NCBI GenBank assembly: GCA_050916045.1 | Contig: CP051526.1 | Coordinates: forward strand, 1,920,001 to 1,984,000 | Direction of reading: 5' to 3' | Length of the DNA stretch: 64,000 bases | Source of the DNA: Tepidisphaera sp. | GTDB taxonomy: Bacteria; Planctomycetota; Phycisphaerae; Phycisphaerales; UBA1924 | Shown here: piece by piece, positions 9,405 to 18,456 of the stretch | Numbering within the stretch: the stretch's first letter is position 1 | How the letters are laid out: every line of letters begins with the position of its first letter | Translations under genes and position numbers: made by a program | Notes under the pieces: generated by a model | What the model was told of the DNA's origin: nothing | Database searches by the model: none | What the model saw: the letters and a program-made list of their open reading frames with translations, nothing else

Positions 9405-9887
9405 TCAGTCCAGTGGCGTTCCGTCGAACCACGTACTGCCGCACCGGTGTTCTTCGCGGATTTCAGCGAGGGCTTGAGCGGAGCCCTCGACGTACCAGAG
9501 GTGCTCCCAGCCACCGGAGGAGTAGTCTGCGACGCGGACCGAACCAGACCACCGCTTCATCCAGTCCCAGATTTCGCGGAAGGCTTGAGAGGGCGTGTCG
9601 TCCGGGTCCATGACGAAGATGATCTCGCGGTTGCGATCCGCCGCAGGGAGGTCGAGCCAGTGATCATTGAGGTTTTGGAGTAAAGCCGCGATCCGGGCGA
9701 TTTCGGTATCGTCGGCAGGGGCTTCGATGTGCAAGTCGGTGGCGAGAAGAACCTCATAGCTGACGCCTGCGGGCTTCACGTTGTGCTTGGCGGCAATGAG
9801 GTCTCGGAGGATGCCGAGGTGTGAAAGGCGGACACCTCGCGGGAGGCTGGTGTTGAGAGCGGCTTGGAGGTGGGAGTCGTGGGACAT
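9405..9887 (-). CDS. Hypothetical protein
   Basis: 160-aa ORF with ATG start and globular composition. Confidence 0.55.
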   Translation of the reverse strand: MSHDSHLQAALNTSLPRGVRLSHLGILRDLIAAKHNVKPAGVSYEVLLATDLHIEAPADDTEIARIAALLQNLNDHWLDLPAADRNREIIFVMDPDDTPSQAFREIWDWMKRWSGSVRVADYSSGGWEHLWYVEGSAQALAEIREEHRCGSTWFDGTPLD

Positions 9888-9906
9888 GGGTGTGGAGGGT
9901 GGACGA

Positions 9907-9941
9907 GAATTTCACATTTCGAATTTCACATTTCGAATTTC
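9907..9941 (+). repeat. Heptamer tandem repeat (GAATTTC/ACATTTC, 5 units)
   Basis: Read directly from the sequence. Confidence 0.9.
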
Positions 9942-9951
9942 AAACGAGGCA

Positions 9952-10004
9952 CCCCCTCCGGCCTTGCTGCGCTCGGCCACCTCCCCCGCCGGGGGCGGGG
10001 GAGG
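9952..10004. repeat. GC-rich palindromic element ending CCTCCCCCGCC-GGG-GGCGGGGGAGG
   Basis: Perfect 11-bp inverted repeat at 9980-9990 / 9994-10004. Confidence 0.7.
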
Positions 10005-10062
10005 CGGGTGAATGGGGTGTCGCCGGGCGCGGGGGTGTGGTTGAGTGGCCTTTCGTCGGTTC

Positions 10063-10120
10063 TCCCTCGCTGGCGCGTCGGGCTCTGAAAGAAAATCCCT
10101 TGCTGGCGCTGCGGACTCGT
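10063..10120 (-). repeat. Two REP-like repeat copies (10063-10088 and 10096-10120)
   Basis: Reverse complements of the 1170-type and 5752-type copies. Confidence 0.9.
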
Positions 10121-11853
10121 TAGGTTTGGAGGACGCCGGTTTTGAAGGGTTTGGAGTAGTCCCAGCCTCGTGTGGCTTCAAGGGCGGCGATGAGTTCTTC
10201 TCTGGTCTTGTGGGGTTCGATGATTCGGTCGAGCCAGCCTCGGGCGGCGGCGTGGCGGATGTCGGCTTGGTTGGTGTAGCCGGCGTGGATGGCGGCGGAG
10301 ATTTGTTTGCGGGTGTCCTCGTCGATGGTTTCGCCTTTGCGTTTGCGGGAGGCTTCTTCGATGGTGGCGAGGACGCCGGTGGCTTGGTTGGCGCCCATGA
10401 CGGCGCATTTGGAGCCGGGCCAGGCGAAGGAGAGGAAGGGGTCGAAGGCGCGGCCGCACATGGCGTAGTTTCCGGCGCCGTAGGAGCCGCCGGTGATGAG
10501 GACGATTTTGGGGACGATGGAATTGGCCATGGCGTTGACCATTTTGGCTCCGGCGCGGATGATGCCGCCTTGTTCGGAGTCGCGGCCGACCATGAAGCCT
10601 GTGGTGTCGTGGATGAAGAGGAGGGGGATCTTGCGCTGGTTGCAGTCCATGATGAAGCGGGCGGCTTTGTCGGCGGAGTCGTCGTAGATGACGCCGGGCA
10701 TGTTGGTGAAGACGCCGGGGCCGGCTTTCCCGCCGGGGAGCTTGCGCTGGGTGAGCTTTTTCTGGTTGGCGAGGATGCCGACGGGGTGCCAACCGATCTG
10801 GGCATAACCGCAAACCACGGATTGTCCGTAATCTGGTTTGTACTCGTCAAAGTTCGCCACCAGAGTTTCGCGTTCTTCGGCGTTTGTCTCGGCACGGACG
10901 TCGACGAGACAGGAGATGAGATCCTTCACGTCGTATTGCGATCCGGCCTTGTCCGTGAATACGGAATAGACGTCGTCGGCGCTGCGAAAGGCTTGGCCGG
11001 AATGTCCATGAATCGCGTGAAGCACCTTTGCTGTCGCGGGGCCTGTTGGATCGAAAGTGCTGCCAGCTCGCGACTTCTGTACCAAGCTTCGCAATCTTTG
11101 GAGGCAGGCTTGGTCGTCTTTTTCCTTGAAGTCGATGGTGCCGGAGATGGAGGCGTGCATGGAGGCGCCGCCGAGGTCTTCGTCGGAGACTTCCTGGCCG
11201 ATGGCGGCTTTCACGAGGGCGGGCCCCGCGAGGTAGAGGCCTGAGCCTTCGGTCATGAGGAGGGTGTCGCAGAGGACGGGGAGGTATCCGCCGCCGGCGA
11301 CGCAGAAGCCCATGATGGCGGCGATCTGGGGGATGCCTTCGGCGGAGAGGACGGCGTTGTTGCGGAAGATGCGGCCGAAATCGTCGGTGTCGGGGAAGAC
11401 GTCTTCCTGGAGTGGGAGGAAGACGCCGGCGGAGTCGACGAGGTAGAGGAGGGGGAGGCGGGCCATCTGGGCGATGGTTTGGGCGCGGATGATTTTCTTG
11501 CAGGTCATCGGGAAGAACGCGCCGGCTTTCACGGTGGCGTCGTTGGCGATGATCATGTGGGGGCGGCCGTGGACGAGGCCGACGCCGGTGACGACGCCCG
11601 CGGCGGGGGCTCCGCCGAACTCCTTGTACATCTCGAAAGCGGACCAGAGGCCGTATTCCTGGAAGGCGGAGGTGCCGTGGGTGGGGGGGTCGATGAGGAG
11701 GGCGATGCGTTCGCGGGCGGTGAGGCGGCCTTTTTCGTGCTGGCGGTCGATGGCGGCTTTGCCGCCGCCGTCCTTGAGTTTGGCTTCGGTCGCGAGGTAG
11801 GCGGCGGTGGTGTCTTTGAGGGAGACGGGAGCGGCGGCGGAGGGGGTCGACAT
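10120..11853 (-). CDS. Acyl-CoA carboxylase carboxyltransferase subunit (methylcrotonyl-CoA carboxylase beta-like)
   Basis: LTARERI, ANDATVKAG, LVDSAG, GFCVAGGGY, LGGASMH, GFMVGRDSE, GSYGAGNYAMCGR. Confidence 0.93.
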   Translation of the reverse strand: MSTPSAAAPVSLKDTTAAYLATEAKLKDGGGKAAIDRQHEKGRLTARERIALLIDPPTHGTSAFQEYGLWSAFEMYKEFGGAPAAGVVTGVGLVHGRPHMIIANDATVKAGAFFPMTCKKIIRAQTIAQMARLPLLYLVDSAGVFLPLQEDVFPDTDDFGRIFRNNAVLSAEGIPQIAAIMGFCVAGGGYLPVLCDTLLMTEGSGLYLAGPALVKAAIGQEVSDEDLGGASMHASISGTIDFKEKDDQACLQRLRSLVQKSRAGSTFDPTGPATAKVLHAIHGHSGQAFRSADDVYSVFTDKAGSQYDVKDLISCLVDVRAETNAEERETLVANFDEYKPDYGQSVVCGYAQIGWHPVGILANQKKLTQRKLPGGKAGPGVFTNMPGVIYDDSADKAARFIMDCNQRKIPLLFIHDTTGFMVGRDSEQGGIIRAGAKMVNAMANSIVPKIVLITGGSYGAGNYAMCGRAFDPFLSFAWPGSKCAVMGANQATGVLATIEEASRKRKGETIDEDTRKQISAAIHAGYTNQADIRHAAARGWLDRIIEPHKTREELIAALEATRGWDYSKPFKTGVLQT

Positions 11854-11937
11854 AGGCGGAAAGGTAGGGGAGGGTGTGTTTGGGGGTTGGGGGAGAGGGG
11901 CGGAGGTTGGGCGGGATCGGGGTGGCAACAATCGGGG

Positions 11938-12486
11938 ATGCCCAAGCCAGGACGCAAGCCGGATTTCAAGCAGTCGCCGCGGTCGTCGGGGAAGCCGACG
12001 GGGAAGCCAACAGGGAAGGGGGGCGGGAGCGGGCGAGGGAGTGGTCGGGGGACGGTGGCGCGGGCTTTGACGCAGGAGCACCGGGAGTTTTTGCAAGCGT
12101 GTCGGGACGCGTTTGTGGAGATGTGCGCGGCGGCGGAGGTGTCGGAGGAAGAGCTTCGGGACGGGGATGCGACGGAGGTGTGCGATCAGGTGATCCGCTG
12201 GTGGCATGCTCAGCGGAAGAGCCAGCGGCCGGACTTTGACGCGGCGGCGAACATCATCGGGGTGACGATGGGGGATCTCTTGATCGGGGCATTCCCGAAG
12301 CTTGAGTGGCGGTACATCACGGACCAGCACGGGACGTCGCTTGGCTTGTGGCACGAGAAGCCGGAGGTGGTGGTGGCGCCGCTTGATTTGTCGCTGGAGC
12401 GGATGAACGAGGAGGTGGACGGGTTTGTGGGGAGCTTGCTGCCGGCGGTGGCGGATGAGGTGGAGAAGACGCTGAGCGGGAAGTGA
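11938..12486 (+). CDS. DUF3806-like domain protein
   Basis: IGVTMGDLL...LEWRYITDQHGTSLGL pattern after a basic low-complexity N-terminus. Confidence 0.7.
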   Translation: MPKPGRKPDFKQSPRSSGKPTGKPTGKGGGSGRGSGRGTVARALTQEHREFLQACRDAFVEMCAAAEVSEEELRDGDATEVCDQVIRWWHAQRKSQRPDFDAAANIIGVTMGDLLIGAFPKLEWRYITDQHGTSLGLWHEKPEVVVAPLDLSLERMNEEVDGFVGSLLPAVADEVEKTLSGK

Positions 12487-12535
12487 GGGAGGGGTAGGGC
12501 CGGATGGGGCGTTCGGCGGTGAGGCGTGCGAGGGG

Positions 12536-12605
12536 AGATCTCAAATCTCGAATTTCAAATTTCAAATTTTGCATTTCAAAGCTCAAATCTCAGAATTCAG
12601 ACTTC
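12536..12605 (+). repeat. Degenerate heptamer tandem repeat (about 10 units, NNATYTC)
   Basis: AGATCTC AAATCTC GAATTTC AAATTTC AAATTTT GCATTTC AAAGCTC AAATCTC AGAATTC AGACTTC. Confidence 0.85.
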
Positions 12606-12770
12606 GAGGCTCACGATGAGAATTGCGGGGTGAGGATCCCCGAGCACGCGGTGGGGCGGGGGTGAGCATGCGAAGAGGATACCGGAGGGGGTAATTGGAC
12701 GGGGCGATCGCTTGCGCGATCGTCTCGCGGGGAATTGGTATACTGCGGCGCCCTCCAAGGAGATTCTCGC

Positions 12771-14276
12771 ATGTCGCATTCGGTCTATCGGCAACTGAAC
12801 CGCAAATTCGCTGAGCCTGTGAGCATGCTGACGCGTCGCCGGTTTCTGGCGGCTTCGGCGGCGACGGGGCTTGCGGCGATGGTGTCGTGCGCGGGCGGGG
12901 AGAAGGGTCGTCCGACGGCGGGGAAGCGGGTGGTGGTGATCGGGGCGGGTTTTTCGGGGCTGATGGCGGCGCATGAATTGAAAGCGTGCGGGTATGACGT
13001 GTTTGTGGTGGATGCACGCACGCGCATTGGCGGGCGGATCGTGACATACCGGGACATGGTGCCGGGGCGGCATGTGGAGGGTGGCGGCGAGCTCATCGGG
13101 TCGAACCACCCCACGTGGGCGGCGTGCAAGGAGCGGTTCAAGCTCGATTTCATGGATGTGGGCGGCGAGGAGAACACGCCGCTTTATCTGAACGGGGCGT
13201 GGCTGAGCGAGGAAGACGCGAAGGGGCTTTGGGATGAGCTTTCGCCGGTGTACGACGGGATGACGTCGGAAGCGGGGAGCGTTCCGGAGGATGCGCCCTG
13301 GCTTGCGCCCAAGGCGCACACGCTGGATCGGCTCACGATCGCGGACTGGATCAACGACCTCAAGAGCAAGGGGATCTCGGAGCGGGGGATTTCGGTGCTT
13401 CGGGCGGGGTTCGAGGGCGACAACGCGGTGCGAGCGGACCGGCAGAGCTATCTGGGCATGCTGGCGTGCATCAAGGGGGGCGGGCTTGACAAGTACTGGA
13501 CGGAGTCGGAGGTGTACCGGTGCAAGCAGGGGAATCAGGCGTTGGCGGAGGCGCTGGCGACGAGCTTCGGCGTGGATCGGATCAAGCTGAACCTTCCGGT
13601 GGTGTCGGTCAAGGACCGCGGGGACAAGATGCTTGTGGCGACGGCGGACAAGCGGATCATCGAGTGCGATGATGTGGTGCTGACGGTTGCGCCGACGGCG
13701 TGGCCGCTGATTGAGTTCAACGGCCTGATGCCGAAGGAGCTGATCTCGGCGCCGCAGATGGGGACGGCGATCAAGTACATCGCGCCGCTGAAGCGAGAGG
13801 TGTGGAAGGACACGGGCAAGACCCCGGATTTCATCACCGATGCGGATATCTCCGAGACGTGGGAGACGTGCGACGGGCAGGCGGCGCCGGCCGAGGTGAA
13901 AGCGGGCGACCCGGTGAACGGGATCACGTGCTTCTCGGGCGGGCCGGCGGCGGAGCGCGTGCGGACCAAAGCCGGCGGGGCGGTGGACCGGTCGTACGCG
14001 GAGACGCTCAACAAGGCGTTGCCCGGGTACTCGGATGCGGTGATCAAGCCGCGGTACATGGACTGGCCGTCGGATCAGTGGACGCGGGGCAGCTATTCGT
14101 TCCCCGCGCCGGGCCAAGTGACGACGCAGGGGCCCGTGCTTGAGAAGGCGAGCGGGGCGATGCACTTTGCGGGTGAGCACACGTGCTACAAGTTTGTCGG
14201 GTACATGGAGGGTGCGCTGTCGTCGGGCGTGTCGGTCGCGCGGCGGATTGCGCTGCGTGACGGGCTGGCGCGGTAG
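12771..14276 (+). CDS. Flavin-containing amine oxidase family protein with Tat-like signal
   Basis: TRRRFL twin-arginine motif, GAGFSG dinucleotide fold, RIGGR, FAGEHT, GYMEGA; AGGAG SD. Confidence 0.9.
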   Translation: MSHSVYRQLNRKFAEPVSMLTRRRFLAASAATGLAAMVSCAGGEKGRPTAGKRVVVIGAGFSGLMAAHELKACGYDVFVVDARTRIGGRIVTYRDMVPGRHVEGGGELIGSNHPTWAACKERFKLDFMDVGGEENTPLYLNGAWLSEEDAKGLWDELSPVYDGMTSEAGSVPEDAPWLAPKAHTLDRLTIADWINDLKSKGISERGISVLRAGFEGDNAVRADRQSYLGMLACIKGGGLDKYWTESEVYRCKQGNQALAEALATSFGVDRIKLNLPVVSVKDRGDKMLVATADKRIIECDDVVLTVAPTAWPLIEFNGLMPKELISAPQMGTAIKYIAPLKREVWKDTGKTPDFITDADISETWETCDGQAAPAEVKAGDPVNGITCFSGGPAAERVRTKAGGAVDRSYAETLNKALPGYSDAVIKPRYMDWPSDQWTRGSYSFPAPGQVTTQGPVLEKASGAMHFAGEHTCYKFVGYMEGALSSGVSVARRIALRDGLAR

Positions 14277-14296
14277 GTCCTTGACAGGAGTGGGAC

Positions 14297-15481
14297 ATGT
14301 CGAACGACCATGAGCGTGTGGACCGAGTCGCCCGGGCCAGGCTGTGGGCGGGGTATCCGAACCGGAACATGACGCTTTACCACCGCACGGGTTTTCTCGT
14401 GGGGGATGCGTGCTCGCTGGTGGAGGTGCCGGGCAAGGGTTCGACGCTGATTATTCGGGACATCGAAGCGGCGCGGGCTCGGAAACATGCACGGGCGGAT
14501 CGGGTGGTGTCGCCGGCGGACCTGGTGACGGCGGCGGAGTTGTCGGCGGATCGGGAGACGCAGTTTGCGCAGGCGACGGCGGCGTTCCTGGTGCGCGAGG
14601 GTGTGCGGGAGGTTGTGGGGGATCGGACGGTGCCGCTTTCGTTTGTGGATGCGATCCGGCGGGCCGGGGTGGAGGTTGTGTACGACGCGGGGATGGGCGT
14701 GGAGGAGCGGAGGCGGAAGACGGCGGCGGAGGTTGAGCACATCCGGGCGGCACAGGCGGTGACGGAAGCGGTGATGGAGAAAGCGTGCCGGATGATCGCG
14801 CGAGCGACGGCGCGGGCTGATGGGGTGCTTGCTGATGGGGAGGGCGTGCTGACGGCCGAGCGGGTGCGGAGCATGATCGCGGTGGACCTGATGCGGGCGG
14901 GGTATGACGCGCCGCCGAGCATCGTGGCGTGCGGCGCGTTGGGGGCGGATTGTCACGAGCACGGGCACGGCGAGCTTCGCACGGGTGAGCCGGTGATCGT
15001 CGATGTCTTTCCGAAGAGCAAGTCGCACCAGTATCAGGGCGACTGCACGCGGACGGTGGTGCACGGGACGCCGACGGCGGAGCTGGTCCGGATGCACGCG
15101 GCGGTCGTCGAGGCGAAAGCAGCGGCGGTCGCGGCGATGCGGGCCGGGGTCCGGTGCGGGGATGTGCATGCGGCGACGATGGGGGTGCTCAGGGCGCGGG
15201 GGTATTCGCGGGCGATTCCGGGGCCGGACGCGCCGGCGGAGTTCGTCAGTGCGCAGCACGGGACGGGGCACGGGCTGGGGCTTGATGGTCATGAGCCGCC
15301 GCTTGTGGATGGGGAGGCGGGGATGGGTCCGGCGCTGGTGGCCGGTGATGTGGTGACGGCGGAACCGGGCTTGTACAGCGTGAAGTTTGGCGGGGTGCGC
15401 GTGGAGGATGTGTATCTCGTGATGGAGACGGGGAGCGAGAATCTCGGGCGCGGGTTGCCGGAGGGTCTGGATTGGCGGTGA
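14297..15481 (+). CDS. Xaa-Pro peptidase (M24 family)
   Basis: VDVFP..YQGDCTRT, HGTGHGLGLDGHE, EPGLY, GVRVED. Confidence 0.92.
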   Translation: MSNDHERVDRVARARLWAGYPNRNMTLYHRTGFLVGDACSLVEVPGKGSTLIIRDIEAARARKHARADRVVSPADLVTAAELSADRETQFAQATAAFLVREGVREVVGDRTVPLSFVDAIRRAGVEVVYDAGMGVEERRRKTAAEVEHIRAAQAVTEAVMEKACRMIARATARADGVLADGEGVLTAERVRSMIAVDLMRAGYDAPPSIVACGALGADCHEHGHGELRTGEPVIVDVFPKSKSHQYQGDCTRTVVHGTPTAELVRMHAAVVEAKAAAVAAMRAGVRCGDVHAATMGVLRARGYSRAIPGPDAPAEFVSAQHGTGHGLGLDGHEPPLVDGEAGMGPALVAGDVVTAEPGLYSVKFGGVRVEDVYLVMETGSENLGRGLPEGLDWR

Positions 15482-15566
15482 GCGGCGGGGAAGCGAGGGG
15501 GGAGAGCGGGCAGATTGGGCGGGCGGAAGTTTCGACCACAGGCGGCACACCGGCTAAGGTTGTGCG

Positions 15567-15959
15567 ATGTTCAGGCACGTTCTTCACAGCAAGATCCATT
15601 TCGCGAAGGTGACCGCGGCGTATCCGTCGTACGTGGGGTCGATCACGATCGACGAGAACCTTCTGGCGGCGTGCGGGATGCGCGTCAACGACCATGTTCA
15701 CGTCGCGAACGCGCGGACGGGGGCGCGGATCGAGACGTACGTGTTTCTCGGGGAGCCGGGCTCGGGGAAGATCGAGCTCAACGGGGCGGCGGCGCTGCAC
15801 TTTGAGGTCGGGGATGACGTCATCATCATGCACTACGCGGCGATGACGGACGAGGAGTACGCGAAGCACCATCCGAAGGTGGTGATCGCGGGGCCGGGGA
15901 ACACGGTGGGGCAGATGGTCCGGTACGAGCCGAATGATCCATCGAAGCGGCGAGGGTGA
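15567..15959 (+). CDS. panD: Aspartate 1-decarboxylase
   Basis: SKIH, YVG/SITID autocleavage site, RIETY, LNGAAA. Confidence 0.95.
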   Translation: MFRHVLHSKIHFAKVTAAYPSYVGSITIDENLLAACGMRVNDHVHVANARTGARIETYVFLGEPGSGKIELNGAAALHFEVGDDVIIMHYAAMTDEEYAKHHPKVVIAGPGNTVGQMVRYEPNDPSKRRG

Positions 15960-16001
15960 AGGGGCTTTAACGGGGCATGGCGGGGCGAATGAAGGCCGAG
16001 C

Positions 16002-17420
16002 GTGAAGAATCCGACCGCCCAACTCCTTGAGCCTGAGATTCGCGAGCTGATCCGCGAAGGGCTTTTCACGGAGCTGCGCGAGGCGCTGAACATGGTGCCG
16101 GCGGCGGACGTCGCGGAGATTCTGCAGGAGCTTGATCCGCGGGAGGCGGCGGTGGGGTTCCGGTTCATGCACCGGGATGCGGCGGCGGAGGCGTTCGCGT
16201 ATCTGGCGCCGGAAAACCAGGAGGCGCTGATCGGGGCGCTGGGCGCGGAAGCGGCCGTGAAGATGGTCGAGGCGATGAACGTCGACGACCGGGCGAAGCT
16301 GCTGGATGAGCTTCCGGAGGCGGTTGCGCAGCGTCTGATCGGGAGCTTGACGCCGGAGACGAGGCGCGAGACGCAGGCGATTCTGGGTTATCCGCCGCGG
16401 AGCGTGGGGCGTCTGATGACGCCGGATTATGTGCGGGTGAAAGCGGACTGGACGGTGGGGCAGGCGCTGGACCATATTCGTCGGTACGGGCGGGATGCCG
16501 AAACGATCAACGTGGTGTATGTGGTGGATGACGCGGGACGGCTGGTGGATGACCTGCGGCTGAGGCAGGTGCTGCTTGCGAACCCGGACGAGCCGCTTGA
16601 ATCGATCATGAACCGGCAGTTCGTGAGCTTGCGGGCGGATCAGCCTCAGGAGGAGGCGGTGGACCTGCTGCAGCGGTATGACCGGGTGGCGCTGCCGGTG
16701 ATGGACTCGCGCGGAGTGCTGCTTGGGATCGTGACGCACGACGACGTGGCGGACGTGGCGCAGCAGGAAGCGACGGAGGACATGCAGAAGATCGGCGGCG
16801 TGCAGGCTCTGGAAGAGCCGTTCATGTCGTCGAGCATCGGGTCGCTGGTGAAGAAGCGGCTGCCGTGGCTTGCGCTGCTTTTCATGAGCGAGCTTTTGAC
16901 GAGCAACGCGATCTCGTTCTTTGAGGATGAGGTGAAGCGGGCGGCGATTCTGGCGGCGTTTGTTCCGGCGATCATCAGTTCGGGCGGGAACAGCGGGTCG
17001 CAGTCGAGCACGCTTGTGATCCGTGCGCTGGGGCTGAAGGAGATTCAGCTTTCGGACTGGCTTCGGGTGCTGTTGCGGGAGATCGCGGTGGCGAGCATCC
17101 TGGGGCTTGTGATCGGGTCGATCGGTCTGTTTCGGATCCATCTGTTCGGGTGGGCGGGGTGGTTCAAGGATGCGGAGGTTCGGGAGCACTATTCGATCCT
17201 CGGCGTGACGATCGCGGTGACGCTTTTCGGGGTGGTGCTTTGGGGGAGCGTGATGGGAGCGATGCTTCCGTTCCTGCTGAAGAAGTGCAAGCTTGACCCT
17301 GCGGCGAGCAGCACGCCGTTTGTGGCGACGCTTGTGGACGTGACGGGGATTGTGCTTTACTTCTCGACGGCGATTTTGATCCTGCGGTCGACGCTTTTGA
17401 GCCCCGGGTCGCCTTCCTGA
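16002..17420 (+). CDS. mgtE: Magnesium transporter MgtE
   Basis: MgtE-N, CBS pair, KRLPWL, GGNSGSQ, DPA..STPFVATLVD. Confidence 0.95.
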   Translation: MKNPTAQLLEPEIRELIREGLFTELREALNMVPAADVAEILQELDPREAAVGFRFMHRDAAAEAFAYLAPENQEALIGALGAEAAVKMVEAMNVDDRAKLLDELPEAVAQRLIGSLTPETRRETQAILGYPPRSVGRLMTPDYVRVKADWTVGQALDHIRRYGRDAETINVVYVVDDAGRLVDDLRLRQVLLANPDEPLESIMNRQFVSLRADQPQEEAVDLLQRYDRVALPVMDSRGVLLGIVTHDDVADVAQQEATEDMQKIGGVQALEEPFMSSSIGSLVKKRLPWLALLFMSELLTSNAISFFEDEVKRAAILAAFVPAIISSGGNSGSQSSTLVIRALGLKEIQLSDWLRVLLREIAVASILGLVIGSIGLFRIHLFGWAGWFKDAEVREHYSILGVTIAVTLFGVVLWGSVMGAMLPFLLKKCKLDPAASSTPFVATLVDVTGIVLYFSTAILILRSTLLSPGSPS

Positions 17421-17429
17421 GGGTGGGCG

Positions 17430-17455
17430 TGTAACCGTGCGACGGGAGCAGCATC
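17430..17455 (+). promoter_or_regulatory. Possible ECF-type promoter (GTAAC-N16-CATC) upstream of the ECF gene
   Basis: AAC-containing -35 element and CATC -10-like element; resemblance only. Confidence 0.3.
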
Positions 17456-17521
17456 GGAAGTGGTGAGCGGGCGGCGTCCGTCCGCCTGAAGGCCGGTTTC
17501 TACCATCGATTCGTGGTGCCC

Positions 17522-18151
17522 ATGGTTCCAGGACGAGACGACTCGGGACAAGTGAGCGGCTTGATTGATGAGCCGGCGTTTCTGGCCCGGCTTCGGGCCG
17601 GGGATGCTGCTGCGTTTGAGCGGCTGGTGCGGGAATCGGGCGGGCGGCTCTTGGCGGTGACGCGGCGGATGCTGCGTCAGGAGGAGAGTGCGCAGGACGC
17701 GGTGCAGGAGGCTTTTCTTTCGGCGTTCAAGTCGATCGGGCGGTTTTCGGGGGATTCGAAGGTCACGACGTGGCTTCATCGGATCCTGGTGAATGTGTGC
17801 CTGATGAAGATCAGGTCGCAGAGTCGGCGGCCTGAGCGATCGATCGAAGCGATGCTGCCGGCGTTTGCGGAGGACGGTCACTTTGCGGCGGCGCCGACGG
17901 CGTGGGGCGGGGTGACGGCGGAGGATCGGGGTGACGAGGTGCGATCGGCGATGGCGGAGTTGCCCGAGCCGTATCGGGAGGTGTTGGTGCTGCGGGATGT
18001 TGCGGAGCTTGACACTGCGCAGACAGCGGCGTTTCTGGCCGTGTCGGAGAACAACGTCAAGACTCGGCTGCATAGGGCGCGGATCGCGCTTCGGGAGTTG
18101 ATCGACGAGCGGCTCGGCGGGACCGGGTCCGGGAAGGAGCGTCGCGAGTGA
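17522..18151 (+). CDS. ECF sigma-70 factor (start uncertain)
   Basis: AQDAVQEAF, TWLHRI (region 2); LPEPYREVLVLRD, VKTRLHRAR (region 4). Confidence 0.93.
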   Translation: MVPGRDDSGQVSGLIDEPAFLARLRAGDAAAFERLVRESGGRLLAVTRRMLRQEESAQDAVQEAFLSAFKSIGRFSGDSKVTTWLHRILVNVCLMKIRSQSRRPERSIEAMLPAFAEDGHFAAAPTAWGGVTAEDRGDEVRSAMAELPEPYREVLVLRDVAELDTAQTAAFLAVSENNVKTRLHRARIALRELIDERLGGTGSGKERRE

Positions 18152-18456
18152 TCATGGGTTCAATCAAATCGATGTGGAACCGGCTGCTCGGGCGTCGGGA
18201 TCTGACGTGCCGGGACGCGACGGACTTTCTGACGGCGTACGTCGACAACGAGCTTCAGGGGTCGGTGCGGCTGGCGTTTGACCGGCACCTGGCGGAGTGC
18301 TCGTGGTGCCGGACGTATCTCGAGACATACAAGCAGACGGTGGAGATGGGCAAGTCGGCGTGTCGGTGCCACCAGTCGGAGGCGACGACGGAGATGCCCG
18401 ACGAACTGGTGCGGGCGATCCTGGCGGCGACGCGGAAGAGCGAAGAGAAGGCGTGA
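18148..18456 (+). CDS. Soluble zinc-binding anti-sigma factor (zf-HC2/ZAS)
   Basis: C...YVDNEL...HLAECSWC (HxxxCxxC); GTGA overlap with the sigma gene stop; no TM. Confidence 0.9.
   Translation: MIMGSIKSMWNRLLGRRDLTCRDATDFLTAYVDNELQGSVRLAFDRHLAECSWCRTYLETYKQTVEMGKSACRCHQSEATTEMPDELVRAILAATRKSEEKA

Noticed and set aside
10120..12354. Long N-terminal extensions in the ORF track (also 332-1813, 24010-24987, 56355-58118, 58762-60492)
   Set aside because: Family motifs begin at downstream starts, and the extensions overlap other genes.
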